Shown here: one piece after another, positions 1 to 9,880 of the stretch | How the letters are laid out: each line of letters begins with the position of its first letter | Numbering within the stretch: the stretch's first letter is position 1 | IMG/VR virus record: IMGVR_UViG_3300002026_000069 | Coordinates: 36,161 to 100,160 of that record | DNA length: 64,000 bases | Source of the DNA: a virus | Direction: 5' to 3' (one strand) | The notes under the pieces: model-generated | The model's input: the letters and a program-made list of their open reading frames with translations, nothing else | Databases searched by the model: none | What the model was told of the DNA's origin: nothing | Position numbers and translations under genes: made by a program

Positions 1-1521
1 AATTGGGAAACTGAGTTAATCGAACACATAAACAGTGATCTTCCATATCTAGCTAAGATCCCGTATGAGATCCAGATTAAGCAGAAGGATAAAGAACTAG
101 GCTATGCTCTAGGTTCTATTGTTCTAAAAATCGAAGGTATTCAAGCTGCCATTCCGATCATTATTAAGAAGAGAAAACTTCAAGCTCTTGATGTTCTCAT
201 GGAAGGCGAAGAGAACGCCACTCCCTTAACTGAAGACACTCTTATGTCTTTAGTTCAAAAGAAGCAATCACTTGGCAAGTTAACAGATACGAAGAACACT
301 GGACTTGTTGATAGAGTTACAGCCGGTGCTTCAGATGAATCTGGACATATGCCACCGAATTATGGCAAGTATACATTTGCTTCGGTAAATAACGCGGATC
401 CTAAAGCCATTAAGGAATATGAGGATCTTCTTAAAGAAGCTGCCTTCATAGCTGGATTCAAGGCTAAGAATCTTAATGGTCCACAATTATCTTTTAAGCC
501 AAGATTAGTTACAAAAACTGGTGGAATTAAGAAGGTAGCTGGTCACATCATTAAAGAACCCAAGTCCATTCTAAGCTTATTAGAAAAGACAGGCTCTGCT
601 CTCGTTGTTGATAAGAATAACGAACTCCATAAGGGTTTATTCATCGACAATGTAAGAACCCTTGATGGTGAGAAGGTCGCTCAGAAACTCTTCATTACCG
701 ATAAGGCTTATGCCTATCAGGAGAAGATCGCTGGACGCGCTGGATCATTTAAGGTTAGCGGCGAAACGGATTACTCAATTAACGATGAAGTTGTGTTCGT
801 TATTAACGGTGTAGCTACTGAGCCTGTTAAAATAGCAATGAAAGCTAATGGCGAGAAGCTCGCTTGTGTTAATCATTTTGGTCGTAGATTTAATGCTTAT
901 CTAACGAATGTTGATAGCATTGTAAAGACTGCTTCAGGATACTTAATCCCGAAGAAAGCCGCCATTATCAAGCTTGGCAAGCGTATCGTTGCAAGAACTT
1001 CTGATGAGGCAATTCTCAAGACTGCTCAAGCTAAGCTTGGAAATAAGACCTATATCACTTGCGCTCCTGAATCCTATTCATTCAGCAACGAGAAGGTTGG
1101 AACATTCAATAATCTTCCTCATCTGAGAATGATGACTCTGATGAATGGATTCTATGAGAATGGCGTTGAACTATTAGAACAAGCTGAAAAGACCGGATCA
1201 GCGGTTATTTCAGCAATAGATATGGGTGTAGAGAAGAAGGCTTACAAAGTTCCTAAAGTCCTTTCTATTACCGATTCAGTGAAGCTCGCGGCCAATCTCG
1301 CTGATCCTGATTCAGTAGATGCAGTGCTATCACTAGGATTTATTAACGAAGATAACGTTGCTGATTTCGTAGAGATGGTTCCTCAGTTTGAGGAAGTTGT
1401 TAACCATCTTGCTAAGATCCTTATCTCTGTAAGACTTGGCATGGCAGGCGATCAAAATGTTATTAAGCATGCCATGAAGTACCTTCAGAGAGTTATCGAC
1501 AATCTAAAGGCATTAAGATGA
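1..1521 (+). CDS. Head-module protein (5' partial; frame is open from base 1), rich in K-x-A motifs
   Basis: Frame has no stop upstream of the 199 ATG; many KEA/KVA/KTA/KKA/KLA motifs; ATGA-coupled to the next gene. Confidence 0.6.
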   Translation, partial: NWETELIEHINSDLPYLAKIPYEIQIKQKDKELGYALGSIVLKIEGIQAAIPIIIKKRKLQALDVLMEGEENATPLTEDTLMSLVQKKQSLGKLTDTKNTGLVDRVTAGASDESGHMPPNYGKYTFASVNNADPKAIKEYEDLLKEAAFIAGFKAKNLNGPQLSFKPRLVTKTGGIKKVAGHIIKEPKSILSLLEKTGSALVVDKNNELHKGLFIDNVRTLDGEKVAQKLFITDKAYAYQEKIAGRAGSFKVSGETDYSINDEVVFVINGVATEPVKIAMKANGEKLACVNHFGRRFNAYLTNVDSIVKTASGYLIPKKAAIIKLGKRIVARTSDEAILKTAQAKLGNKTYITCAPESYSFSNEKVGTFNNLPHLRMMTLMNGFYENGVELLEQAEKTGSAVISAIDMGVEKKAYKVPKVLSITDSVKLAANLADPDSVDAVLSLGFINEDNVADFVEMVPQFEEVVNHLAKILISVRLGMAGDQNVIKHAMKYLQRVIDNLKALR

Positions 1522-2462
1522 GAAGATCTGAACAGATTCTTAACACCATAGATGAATTAAGTGCAGCAACAAGAAAAGGCGAATTAAGACGCCTACTAGC
1601 TCACGTTGGCGTGGGCGGCGTTGGCGGTGGCTATGTAGGCCATAAAGTCGATCTTACTGAAAATAATCCTGACTTAAAATTAAGTAAGGGTCAGAGAAAG
1701 CTTCAATCCATACTTAAGGGTGCAATAGGTGGCGGAACGCTTGGAGTTGCAACTGGAGCATTGCACGCTGCTCATTTTAGTGATTCTCAAAATAAAGTAA
1801 AAAATAAGTTATTTGGTGAGTTTCATAAAGCTCGCAACGCAGAAGAAGCCACTGAATGGGCTGAAAGAGAAAAGAGGCGTGCGGATAGAGCAAGGGAATG
1901 GGCTGAGAGAGATAGAAAAAGTCAGCAAGAATACGAAGAGGCTAAAAAGAAATACGACGACACTTTTGATTCTTTCAGAAAAAAGTATAGTGGATCTGGA
2001 TCTGGATCTGGACAACAAAGACGTAGCTACGAAGACTTCGCTGGATCAGCTAGATCATCTTATAGATCTAGACAGAAATCCATTCCAGATATCTTTAAGG
2101 AAAGAACTGGAGGCGAGATAAAAACTAAGGCTGATCTCAAGGCTTGGTATAGAAGGAAAGCTAAAGAGCATCATCCAGATAGACATATGCAGGCTCCTGA
2201 ATTAGTTCGTAAAGAACACGAAGCTAAGTTCAAGGCTGCTGAAACGCTCCATTCAGAACTTCAAAAGCATCCAGACTTTGATAAGTTTGCCGCTTTGAAG
2301 TTAGCTGTTTTAAAAGTTGAAGGCTTATACGCTGATCCTGAATACCAAAAGGTTCAGAGAAAGTATAATGATGGTAATTTAGAAGATAAGTTCCAATATC
2401 ACGCCTATAAGCGTGCATTAGATAGAGCTACCTATAATTACCATGCTAAAACACACCACTAA
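1518..2462 (+). CDS. Glycine-zipper membrane protein with C-terminal DnaJ (J) domain
   Basis: N-terminal GVGGVGGGYVG...GAIGGGTLGVATG, then coiled coil, then KAWYRRKAKEHHPDRH...EAKFK J-domain with HPD at 2172-2180. Confidence 0.75.
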   Translation: MRRSEQILNTIDELSAATRKGELRRLLAHVGVGGVGGGYVGHKVDLTENNPDLKLSKGQRKLQSILKGAIGGGTLGVATGALHAAHFSDSQNKVKNKLFGEFHKARNAEEATEWAEREKRRADRAREWAERDRKSQQEYEEAKKKYDDTFDSFRKKYSGSGSGSGQQRRSYEDFAGSARSSYRSRQKSIPDIFKERTGGEIKTKADLKAWYRRKAKEHHPDRHMQAPELVRKEHEAKFKAAETLHSELQKHPDFDKFAALKLAVLKVEGLYADPEYQKVQRKYNDGNLEDKFQYHAYKRALDRATYNYHAKTHH

Positions 2463-2577
2463 GCTTGCGGCTATTAAAGCTGCCATTAAGAAGTATAAAC
2501 TCACCGCTTTACCTACCTATGGTGGAACAAATCTATCTATGGTTAAGAGCGACTTACCAAGGAATGCATATCCATGA
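2443..2577 (+). CDS. Small 44-aa peptide (not in ORF track)
   Basis: MLKHTTKLAAIKAAIKKYK...; fills the gap exactly, ATGA overlap with 2574; KLAAI also starts the 34386 protein. Confidence 0.5.
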   Translation: MLKHTTKLAAIKAAIKKYKLTALPTYGGTNLSMVKSDLPRNAYP

Positions 2578-2882
2578 ATCTAGAACTTATTGAAGATGCA
2601 ATTGAGAAGATTGCCGATGGTGCCGCTATGGCTAGGAAGGCTTTAGGATCGGCTAAATTAATTAAACCTGACACTCAACTCTCTAAGGGTCTTATTACAC
2701 AAGGAGAGCATAGGAGTAAAATTAAAACTATGCTTTCATCTGCAAGACTACAGAGAGATAGTAAAGCTGGTAAATTAGCTCCTTTGGGTTCTGGTCATAA
2801 AGCGTACCCAGGTGTATATGAAGCTCCAATTAAATATGAACACGATGTATCAAGACCTGGATTCTTAAAAGTAATTAAATGA
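2574..2882 (+). CDS. Tagged small basic protein (putative head cargo)
   Basis: Starts MNLELIEDAIEKIA, a tag shared with 5159 and 12666. Confidence 0.6.
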   Translation: MNLELIEDAIEKIADGAAMARKALGSAKLIKPDTQLSKGLITQGEHRSKIKTMLSSARLQRDSKAGKLAPLGSGHKAYPGVYEAPIKYEHDVSRPGFLKVIK

Positions 2883-4273
2883 AACCCATCCCAGGCTTCC
2901 CTGGCTATCACATCTCTGAGGATGGTAAAATTACCAATCCTAAAGGGAAGTTGTTAACCAGAAAGGATGCCTGGGAAGGTTATCCAAGAGCGCGTCTAAA
3001 GAACGAAGAAGGTAAGTTCGTTAATAGAAAGATTCATCGTCTTGTAGCCTTGGCACATCTTGGCGTTAACGACGGTGAGATTCGTCATAAAGATAACAAC
3101 AGAGCTAATGTAGCCGTTCATAATCTTGAGTGGGGAGATAGATTCTCAAACGCTCAAGATAGATTAGCTCGCGGGTCATATCATCTAAAGACAAAGCTTG
3201 TGGGTGGGAAAAGCCTACTTGTCTTAGGTGACGATAAGTACCTAGATCCTGAAGCTAAGAAAGTTTATAAGGTTACTGATCATCCTATTGGCGAAGAAGG
3301 TGTGATACCTGTAACATCATTAGAGAAGGTTGCATATTATCGTAAATATGCTCTCATTGATTTAGATACAGGAAAAATTCAAAGTGGATTAAATACATAT
3401 GTTAATTCTGAAGAGTTTAGAAAAAGGCATATAGAGAAGAAGGCTTTCCTACGTCGTTTTTTAAAACCAAATGTAGCTGAACATGCATTTGATGCCGTAT
3501 CCAGCGTTCAACTGCCTGGAGGTATGATTGGCAATGCAGTGACATCTGCAAAGCATGCTTATCAAGGCATTAAACCACATTTAGGTGGACCTGAAACATT
3601 ACTTACTAAGAAGAAGATACTTAAGCCATCACCTGTATTTAAGGGACTTAACATCCCGTCTGTTCAGCACGGAGTTTACACAAAGAGAGGACTAAAGGAA
3701 GTAACTGCTTCTAAGCTATATCCAGAAGCTCATGAGTTACTATTTAATAGATTTACTCCTATAGAGCTATTAAAGGGTATTAAGAATAATCGTAAGTTTG
3801 ACGGTAATTCCATTGATTATATTAAAGCCAACTTCCATCCAAGGAAGCTTGTAGATAAAGCTAACGCTGGTCATGAAGAGGCAAGAAAACTCGTAAAAGA
3901 GTTTGACTATGCAAGATCTGGCTTTGTTAAGAAAGCCGAATGGACTTCCAAGAAGAACGCTGATAGTCACGCATTAAAGCATGCAGATGAAATGGGATTA
4001 ACAAAAGAGCAATATATTGCTCTGGCTAAATCAGCATTGAATGATAAGAAGTCTTTAATTAGCATTAGGGGTGATATACATAAGTCTCGTCATGGTAAGA
4101 ATATTTTAGTTCATAAAGATGGAAAAGTAATTACTTATTACTCAAAAGTGGCTTACATTCGTAAAATTAAGAAGGGACTAGAGAGAGGTATTGATAACTT
4201 CCAAGATTGGGGTTATCATCAGGATGTCATTCAAACACATCAAGATATCAAAGAGAAGCGAAAGAAGAAATAG
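2879..4273 (+). CDS. NUMOD4/HNH endonuclease fused to K-x-A-delimited modules, including a toxin-like RNase module
   Basis: IPGFPGYHISEDG, HRLVALA, HKDNNRANVAVHNLEW; then EKVA, EKKA, KKA and KVA boundaries; HALKHADEMG..EQY..A module. Confidence 0.7.
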   Translation: MKPIPGFPGYHISEDGKITNPKGKLLTRKDAWEGYPRARLKNEEGKFVNRKIHRLVALAHLGVNDGEIRHKDNNRANVAVHNLEWGDRFSNAQDRLARGSYHLKTKLVGGKSLLVLGDDKYLDPEAKKVYKVTDHPIGEEGVIPVTSLEKVAYYRKYALIDLDTGKIQSGLNTYVNSEEFRKRHIEKKAFLRRFLKPNVAEHAFDAVSSVQLPGGMIGNAVTSAKHAYQGIKPHLGGPETLLTKKKILKPSPVFKGLNIPSVQHGVYTKRGLKEVTASKLYPEAHELLFNRFTPIELLKGIKNNRKFDGNSIDYIKANFHPRKLVDKANAGHEEARKLVKEFDYARSGFVKKAEWTSKKNADSHALKHADEMGLTKEQYIALAKSALNDKKSLISIRGDIHKSRHGKNILVHKDGKVITYYSKVAYIRKIKKGLERGIDNFQDWGYHQDVIQTHQDIKEKRKKK

Positions 4274-4274
4274 A

Positions 4275-4302
4275 TTTACTTCGCTTGTCTAACATCTACT
4301 AT
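4275..4302 (+). promoter_or_regulatory. TTTACT-N16-TACTAT promoter, predicted leaderless
   Basis: -10 ends 7 nt before ATG 4310; palindrome CATCTACTATATAGTAGATG covers the -10 and the start. Confidence 0.55.
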
Positions 4303-4309
4303 ATAGTAG

Positions 4310-5146
4310 ATGCTCCCCTATGACCGACTACTGCGTGGGCTTTTCGTAGTCCACAACAGACGGTTCGACCTCATCTCAAAACAGATGAGATCGTTTGGGA
4401 TTGCTCTGGCTGAAGATGTTCTGGAAAGTTACTACCACCAAGAGTTTATAACACTCCTGGCTGATGAGGACCAGATTTTTTTCAGCGGATCTGAGTTTCA
4501 TTCGGTTCATCCGAATGTCCTAAAGAAGATCGTGGTTCAGTTAGACATCGGGGCATACTTCAGCCCCCGTTGGGATATATCTCGCTTTGAGAATATCTAT
4601 CGTAATAGATTATTACAAAGACATATCGAAGCTTCGTTCATAGGTAAGTTAAACTCTGAGACAATCTCACAAGATATCTTAGATACATATCAGATCGAAG
4701 TTCCCATTCCTCTGATAGCAGAGTATAGAAGACTCTTCATCGATCTAAGCTGTGTAAAGAACCAGGACGACTGGTTTTTTTACATGAGAACTCTTCCAAG
4801 AGATGAACAACTATTCCGTAATGCTGTAATTACACAGCCTTCGGAATATGTCCGTTGGAAGCTAGGATGCAAGGTTTACATTGATCCTCTTGAAGCAACC
4901 AGACAAATCGCAACTGATATGTTCTGGAAGTACAAAGAGAGTCTTACGGATCAGACCATGCAAGGGCTTGAAACCACTCGGCGTGTGGCTGAGTTGGCGT
5001 TTAAGGCTATTGATCGCGTCCATAAGATTGATAAAGACAAGAAGCCTCTTAATAAGGCCAAGAACTTCAACCAGTTACTTCTCTCCTTTGGTGGGGCAGA
5101 TGAGACTACGGTTGACGATCTACGCATTCCTACTAATAATGGGTAA
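4310..5146 (+). CDS. Hypothetical protein, possible terminase small subunit
   Basis: Helical 278-aa protein shortly upstream of the large terminase; positional evidence only. Confidence 0.35.
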   Translation: MLPYDRLLRGLFVVHNRRFDLISKQMRSFGIALAEDVLESYYHQEFITLLADEDQIFFSGSEFHSVHPNVLKKIVVQLDIGAYFSPRWDISRFENIYRNRLLQRHIEASFIGKLNSETISQDILDTYQIEVPIPLIAEYRRLFIDLSCVKNQDDWFFYMRTLPRDEQLFRNAVITQPSEYVRWKLGCKVYIDPLEATRQIATDMFWKYKESLTDQTMQGLETTRRVAELAFKAIDRVHKIDKDKKPLNKAKNFNQLLLSFGGADETTVDDLRIPTNNG

Positions 5147-5158
5147 CAGGAACCAATC

Positions 5159-5626
5159 ATGTCATTAGAACTTATTGAGCAAGCAATCGAAAAAGTAGCA
5201 TTCTTACCCGCTGGGTCAGGTGCGGTACTCAAGGGAGCCTTCTCAAAGGGTTCTACCTGGAAGGGCATCGGAACTAGAGCCGCAATCGGCGCTGGTGTCG
5301 GAGGCGTAGGAAACGTACTTCTTGGCGATAAAGATCAATCAGTCATGGAACGCGCTACAAAGGGCGCTGTTGGTGGTGGATTGGTTGGTGGACTCTATGG
5401 AGCGGGTCGTGCTGCTCATGGAGCCATTAGGGGTGATGCCGTAGGTAAGGTTCGTAGTGCAGTGAGACAAAATAGATTCGTGAATAATGATCAAATTCAC
5501 GGAACTATGGGAAATAGAAACGCCGATCAATTAGCTAGATATCAATCTGACTTAAAGGCTCATAAAGCTACGATTAGAGCCAAGATGAATCCAAGTGCAA
5601 CTCCAGCACCAGCCGCCGCTCCTTAA
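5159..5626 (+). CDS. Tagged glycine-zipper protein (putative head cargo)
   Basis: MSLELIEQAIEKVA|FLP..., AAIGAGVGGVG...KGAVGGGLVGGLYG. Confidence 0.65.
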   Translation: MSLELIEQAIEKVAFLPAGSGAVLKGAFSKGSTWKGIGTRAAIGAGVGGVGNVLLGDKDQSVMERATKGAVGGGLVGGLYGAGRAAHGAIRGDAVGKVRSAVRQNRFVNNDQIHGTMGNRNADQLARYQSDLKAHKATIRAKMNPSATPAPAAAP

Positions 5627-5741
5627 GATAAAGCATGCTATCGCTAAGATAGCTGCTTTTAAGCTTAAAGCACCGGAAAAGAAACCGGAACAGACTCCAA
5701 CACCTGTTCCGGCTATTGCTCCAACGAATGTCCCACCTTGA
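5595..5741 (+). CDS. Small Pro-rich peptide with AIAKIA motif (GTG start, not in ORF track)
   Basis: MQLQHQPPLLKIKHAIAKIA|AFKLKAPEKKPEQTPTPVP...; resembles the AIEKIA tag. Confidence 0.4.
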   Translation: MQLQHQPPLLKIKHAIAKIAAFKLKAPEKKPEQTPTPVPAIAPTNVPP

Positions 5742-5765
5742 ATGGTGGGATTTTTCGTTTAGTAT
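5738..5765 (+). promoter_or_regulatory. TTGAAT-N16-TAGTAT promoter, predicted leaderless for terminase
   Basis: -10 ends 6 nt before GTG 5772. Confidence 0.6.
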
Positions 5766-5771
5766 GTATTC

Positions 5772-7307
5772 GTGAAGCCATCTACCCTTGCTCAAAAGAT
5801 GTTGTCCCTTAAGGGTGGACCTTTAGACCTGAGAGGCAGACCATATCTCAAAGATGTATATGATTCAGATGCACAGAGAGTTCTCTTAAAGTTTGGCCGT
5901 CAGTCTGAAAAGTCTACTACTTTAAGTGCTAAAATAACATTAAATACAGCGTGCATCCCATACTTTAATACGCTGTTCGTTTCGCCTTCAGCTTCTCAGA
6001 CGAAAGACTTTAGTAATGATCGTCTAAATCAGTTCATGAAGAATAGTGATTATATTGTAGATAATCTATTCGACCAAACATGTACTGATAGAGTAGATCA
6101 AAAGTCTCTTTTAAATGGTTCGAATGTATATCTGAGATATGCATTCCATAACGCTGACAGAACCCGTGGTATATCTGCTGATCAGGTAGTTCTTGATGAG
6201 CTTCAAGATATTCGAACTGATAATATTTCGGTTATTGAAGAATCTGCGTCTCACTCTGAGAGAGGTTTAAAGGGTCATCCATATAAGTCTTTCATCTTCG
6301 CAGGCACTCCTAAGACTACGAATAACTCAATGGAGTTCTTTTGGCGTAGATCCTCAATGCGTGAGTGGGGTATTAAATGCGAAGGTTGCGGACATTGGGC
6401 ATTAGAACTCTCTACAAAGAACATTGGTAAAGAGTATCTTATATGCGAGAAATGCGGACATAGACTATATCCTCAAACTGGACGCTGGATTATCACGAAT
6501 CCAGGTGCAGCTATTGAAGGATATCATATTTGTCAGTTAGCCGTTCCTTGGCTTGATTGGCAAAAAGACATTCTATTCAAATTAAATACCTATCCTCAGA
6601 ATCGTTTCTATAACGAGGTTCTCGGGCTATCATACGATAGCGGTTCTAAGCCGTTAACCATGGCTCAACTTCGTCAATGCTGTAATCCTGATCGTAAGGA
6701 TTGGTGGAAGCATGATGAAGGATATATACCAAGACCTTTGTTTGCTGGGATAGATTGGGCTTTAACAGCAGAGAAGTCCTTTACTATCCTAACCATAGGC
6801 GCTTGGCTTCCATTCCCTGAGAAGTTTGTTATTCTCTATCAGAAGAAGTATGAGGCTAATCTAGACCTACTCCAGCAAATTGAAGATATTAAGCTCGTTT
6901 GCGACCAATACGGCGTAGATCTTATTGGAGCGGATTGGGGTGCTGGTGTTCATAGTAACTTAAAGCTTATTGAACACTTCGGTTCCGATAGGGTTGCTCA
7001 GTATTATAACTCTGGATCTCAGAAGAACCGCATTCAGTGGAATGATAAGCGTCAGATGTTTACGATTAGCAGAACAACGGTAATGACAGATTTGTTTAAC
7101 TATATACAAAAGTCTCGTATTGAATGGCCAGCATATGAAGTCTGTCAGGGATTCCTAACTGACTTCCTGAATGAAGATATCGAATACAATAAAGATGGTG
7201 TATTGTATTACGATCACAATCCAGATAGTCCTGATGATGCTATTCACTCGACTATGTATTGTATGTTAGCTGGAGAACTATTCTATACGAATAGGGGTAA
7301 TAGCTAA
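5772..7307 (+). CDS. terL: Terminase large subunit (GpA-like)
   Basis: GRQSEKST Walker A-like, VVLDE Walker B, GTP motif, two CxxC, AGIDW nuclease Asp, PDDAIHS. Confidence 0.9.
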   Translation: MKPSTLAQKMLSLKGGPLDLRGRPYLKDVYDSDAQRVLLKFGRQSEKSTTLSAKITLNTACIPYFNTLFVSPSASQTKDFSNDRLNQFMKNSDYIVDNLFDQTCTDRVDQKSLLNGSNVYLRYAFHNADRTRGISADQVVLDELQDIRTDNISVIEESASHSERGLKGHPYKSFIFAGTPKTTNNSMEFFWRRSSMREWGIKCEGCGHWALELSTKNIGKEYLICEKCGHRLYPQTGRWIITNPGAAIEGYHICQLAVPWLDWQKDILFKLNTYPQNRFYNEVLGLSYDSGSKPLTMAQLRQCCNPDRKDWWKHDEGYIPRPLFAGIDWALTAEKSFTILTIGAWLPFPEKFVILYQKKYEANLDLLQQIEDIKLVCDQYGVDLIGADWGAGVHSNLKLIEHFGSDRVAQYYNSGSQKNRIQWNDKRQMFTISRTTVMTDLFNYIQKSRIEWPAYEVCQGFLTDFLNEDIEYNKDGVLYYDHNPDSPDDAIHSTMYCMLAGELFYTNRGNS

Positions 7308-7331
7308 AGAAAGGCGCTCATGCGCCATGGT

Positions 7332-7556
7332 TCAATCAACCATTCCTTCATTGGACTGAAGGAATTCAATCTCAGCCTGAGATACCTCGACATGTTGATT
7401 GTCGATCATCTCTTCAGAGATACTAGGATCTCCTTCTTCCTGCTTCTTGAGCATATCAAGCAACTTCTTCGATTCCATCACATAGGCATTCCACTTTGGT
7501 GTGGTTGCATCTGTGAGATCAACCCCGATGATATCGGGGCATTGGATTTCAGACAT
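7332..7556 (-). CDS. Antisense cassette hypothetical protein
   Basis: AAGGAG Shine-Dalgarno (SD), GGTATAAT -10 at 7577-7584, downstream hairpin. Confidence 0.6.
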   Translation of the reverse strand: MSEIQCPDIIGVDLTDATTPKWNAYVMESKKLLDMLKKQEEGDPSISEEMIDNQHVEVSQAEIEFLQSNEGMVD

Positions 7557-7603
7557 GGTTATGTCTCCTTATTAGTATTATACCTCATAGCTAAAAAAGA
7601 CAC

Positions 7604-7915
7604 TCATGGGAGTGTCCTAGCCTTCAATATGGCTTCGAATGTCTTTTGGTATTCAGACTTATTCTTGTCTTCTTCCTCTTCCCACTTCATATCTTTGAAT
7701 GCTTCTTTTATCAAATAATACTGGCATATAGCATTCGCTATACCCAAAGCGATACTAGCAACAGCAAATCCGGTCAAGAACCTATCTGCCGCTACATTGG
7801 ATTCATAAGCATTATGAATGCTATTGAATTCATTTAAAGTTGATATAGACTTGTTTATTTGAATTCCACGTAGCGTTGTATCAAGACGCATTGGAATCAT
7901 TGGTTGATATGTCAT
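7604..7915 (-). CDS. Antisense cassette single-TM protein (likely start 7915)
   Basis: FLTGFAVASIALGIANAIC; GGTATAAC -10 ends 6 nt before ATG 7915. Confidence 0.55.
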   Translation of the reverse strand: MTYQPMIPMRLDTTLRGIQINKSISTLNEFNSIHNAYESNVAADRFLTGFAVASIALGIANAICQYYLIKEAFKDMKWEEEEDKNKSEYQKTFEAILKARTLP

Positions 7916-8006
7916 ATGGATGTTATACCTAAAAAACATCAACCGTGCCTCAGTATTGCTACTGAGGTCACTTTAAACCTTTCGGTGGTTGATGTTCTCC
8001 TTGGCC

Positions 8007-8222
8007 TTACTTCTTCAGTTCGGCCAACTCCTGCTTCAGCTCTTCCAGGTAGCTCTTGCGCTTGATCTTGTTGATCTCGCGTTCGATCTCCCGGATCTCC
8101 TTCTGTTCCTCGTCTTCCTGCTTCTTCTTCTCGATCTGCTCTTTCACGACCTCGGAACCCGCCACCAACATGGCGGCGAGGCTGGTCATGCAGAGGTTCT
8201 GGAACTCGCGCTCCTTGGACAT
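8007..8222 (-). CDS. Antisense cassette coiled-coil peptide with GC-rich codons
   Basis: AAGGAGG SD, GGTATAA at 8245-8251, G/C-ending codons. Confidence 0.65.
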   Translation of the reverse strand: MSKEREFQNLCMTSLAAMLVAGSEVVKEQIEKKKQEDEEQKEIREIEREINKIKRKSYLEELKQELAELKK

Positions 8223-8264
8223 GTTAATGCCCTCCTTACTATTCTTATACCTAAAAACAACCCC

Positions 8265-8585
8265 CTATTTGGGGGTCATCTTCAGCCGACAGATTTGCCT
8301 CAATAACTCGTGACTTGAGTTTTCGATGACAAATCCTGGGAAGTTCTCCCAATCGGCTATATCGACCTCCATCAAGAACTTGATAGCCAGTTCTATGACT
8401 TCAATCTGATATTCCTGGTCTAGAGAAACCAAGAAATCCAGATGCGGAATCTGTCTCTCAACCATATTGAAATCATCCATCTCAAGATGACGCTTCTTGG
8501 CTTTCGCCAGCGTATTCTTAAGAAGAATAATCTTCGCACCCCGTAAACAGGCGATGGTGCCGATGATCGCCCCTAGCCCTAGCAT
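8265..8585 (-). CDS. Antisense cassette hypothetical protein with N-terminal hydrophobic segment
   Basis: AAGGAG SD, TGGTATAAT at about 8605-8613. Confidence 0.6.
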   Translation of the reverse strand: MLGLGAIIGTIACLRGAKIILLKNTLAKAKKRHLEMDDFNMVERQIPHLDFLVSLDQEYQIEVIELAIKFLMEVDIADWENFPGFVIENSSHELLRQICRLKMTPK

Positions 8586-8614
8586 AAATTTTCTCCTTAG
8601 TTATATTATACCAT

Positions 8615-9800
8615 ATGGAAAAGAAGTCATTCTTGGGCGGATTGTTTATGAAGTCCGGTCTTCATCAGGCTGCAAACTTTGGATTGAGAAGGCTTGGTTG
8701 GGGTAAACATTACTACACTGGATCTTCTGCCGCTGGAATAAGGGCTGCATTAACTGGAAAAGCTCACTTTCCAACTATAAGAAGAACTATTGGAGGTATA
8801 GCTCCAGATTTAACTGGATTAAGCGATTATGAGTTATCTAAAGGATTAACAGAAGCAGCTAAGCATCATATAAGTAAAGCATCAAAAGGTAAAGTTTCAC
8901 ACGAAGATATCATTCATATGTTGGGTGGAAAGACAAACCTTCCAAAAGACAGAATAGAGCTTTTAGATAAGCTTAAGCAGAATAAAGAATTAAAGATGCA
9001 TTTTAGTGGATTAGGTGTTAATCCACAATCCGTACTTGGGAAAAACCTAAAGGGCGGTATTGAGAAGTTCAAAAAGGAAGGTTTAGAACCTAAACGTGGT
9101 GCTATAGGAAGATTCTTTAGAAAATACGCTAAGGGACAAGATAAGCAAAAAGAGCTATTTACAGAACCAATTGCTCAATTATCTCTAGGTCAAATTCCAA
9201 CAACTTCAGTAATTAGTAGCGGAGCAACCCATGCGGCAAATAAAGGATTCACTTCTCCTATATTAGCTGCCAAGGGTCATGTAATGGAGTCCGGGATACG
9301 CTGATGTTGCTAGAGCGAAGAGATCTTATCTTGATAAAATGAAGGATAAAGGAATTTCAACAATAGGAACAATTGATCCTGCTGTGTCTGAATTTAAAGA
9401 TTTAGGAAGAGATTTCGGAAGAGCGGATTTAGCAGCTAGAAAGAAAGTAATTCTTGCTAATCAAGCTTTATTACATAAAGCAAAGGGATTAGGTCTATCT
9501 AAGCAGGAATTACTAAATAAGTATAAAGAAGCTAAATCAATAATACCAGAATCAGCTAATGATCCAATCAGACAAGGCATTCTCGGATACAGGAAAGGAT
9601 ATAGAGCAGTAAGGGAATTTATACCTAAGATTCAACCAATGAAAACTGAAATTACAAATATAATAAATAACGCTCAAAGAGATATATCTGTTAATGCTAG
9701 ATTGGCATATAGGAAAGCTAGAGGGGCTGTAGGGGATGCTTATAGTAATACTACGTCATTAGCTAAAAAAGGATACGATAGGTTGATGGGTAATAGTTAG
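8615..9800 (+). CDS. Basic Gly-rich protein split by a +1 frame break (8615-9304 and 9339-9800)
   Basis: Removing one G of TCCGGGATAC (about 9290-9299) gives continuous ...ESGYADVARAKRSYLDKMKDK. Confidence 0.5.
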
Positions 9801-9880
9801 AACACTCCATGAAGGAGTGCCGACAAACTCGTTAAGCATCCTTTCGGGTAGCTGTTGAGCTTGTCTGATTTGTTCGCCGG

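Noticed and set aside
7989-8313. + strand Leu-rich ORFs
   Set aside because: Antisense shadows of the Glu/Lys-rich 8007-8222 gene
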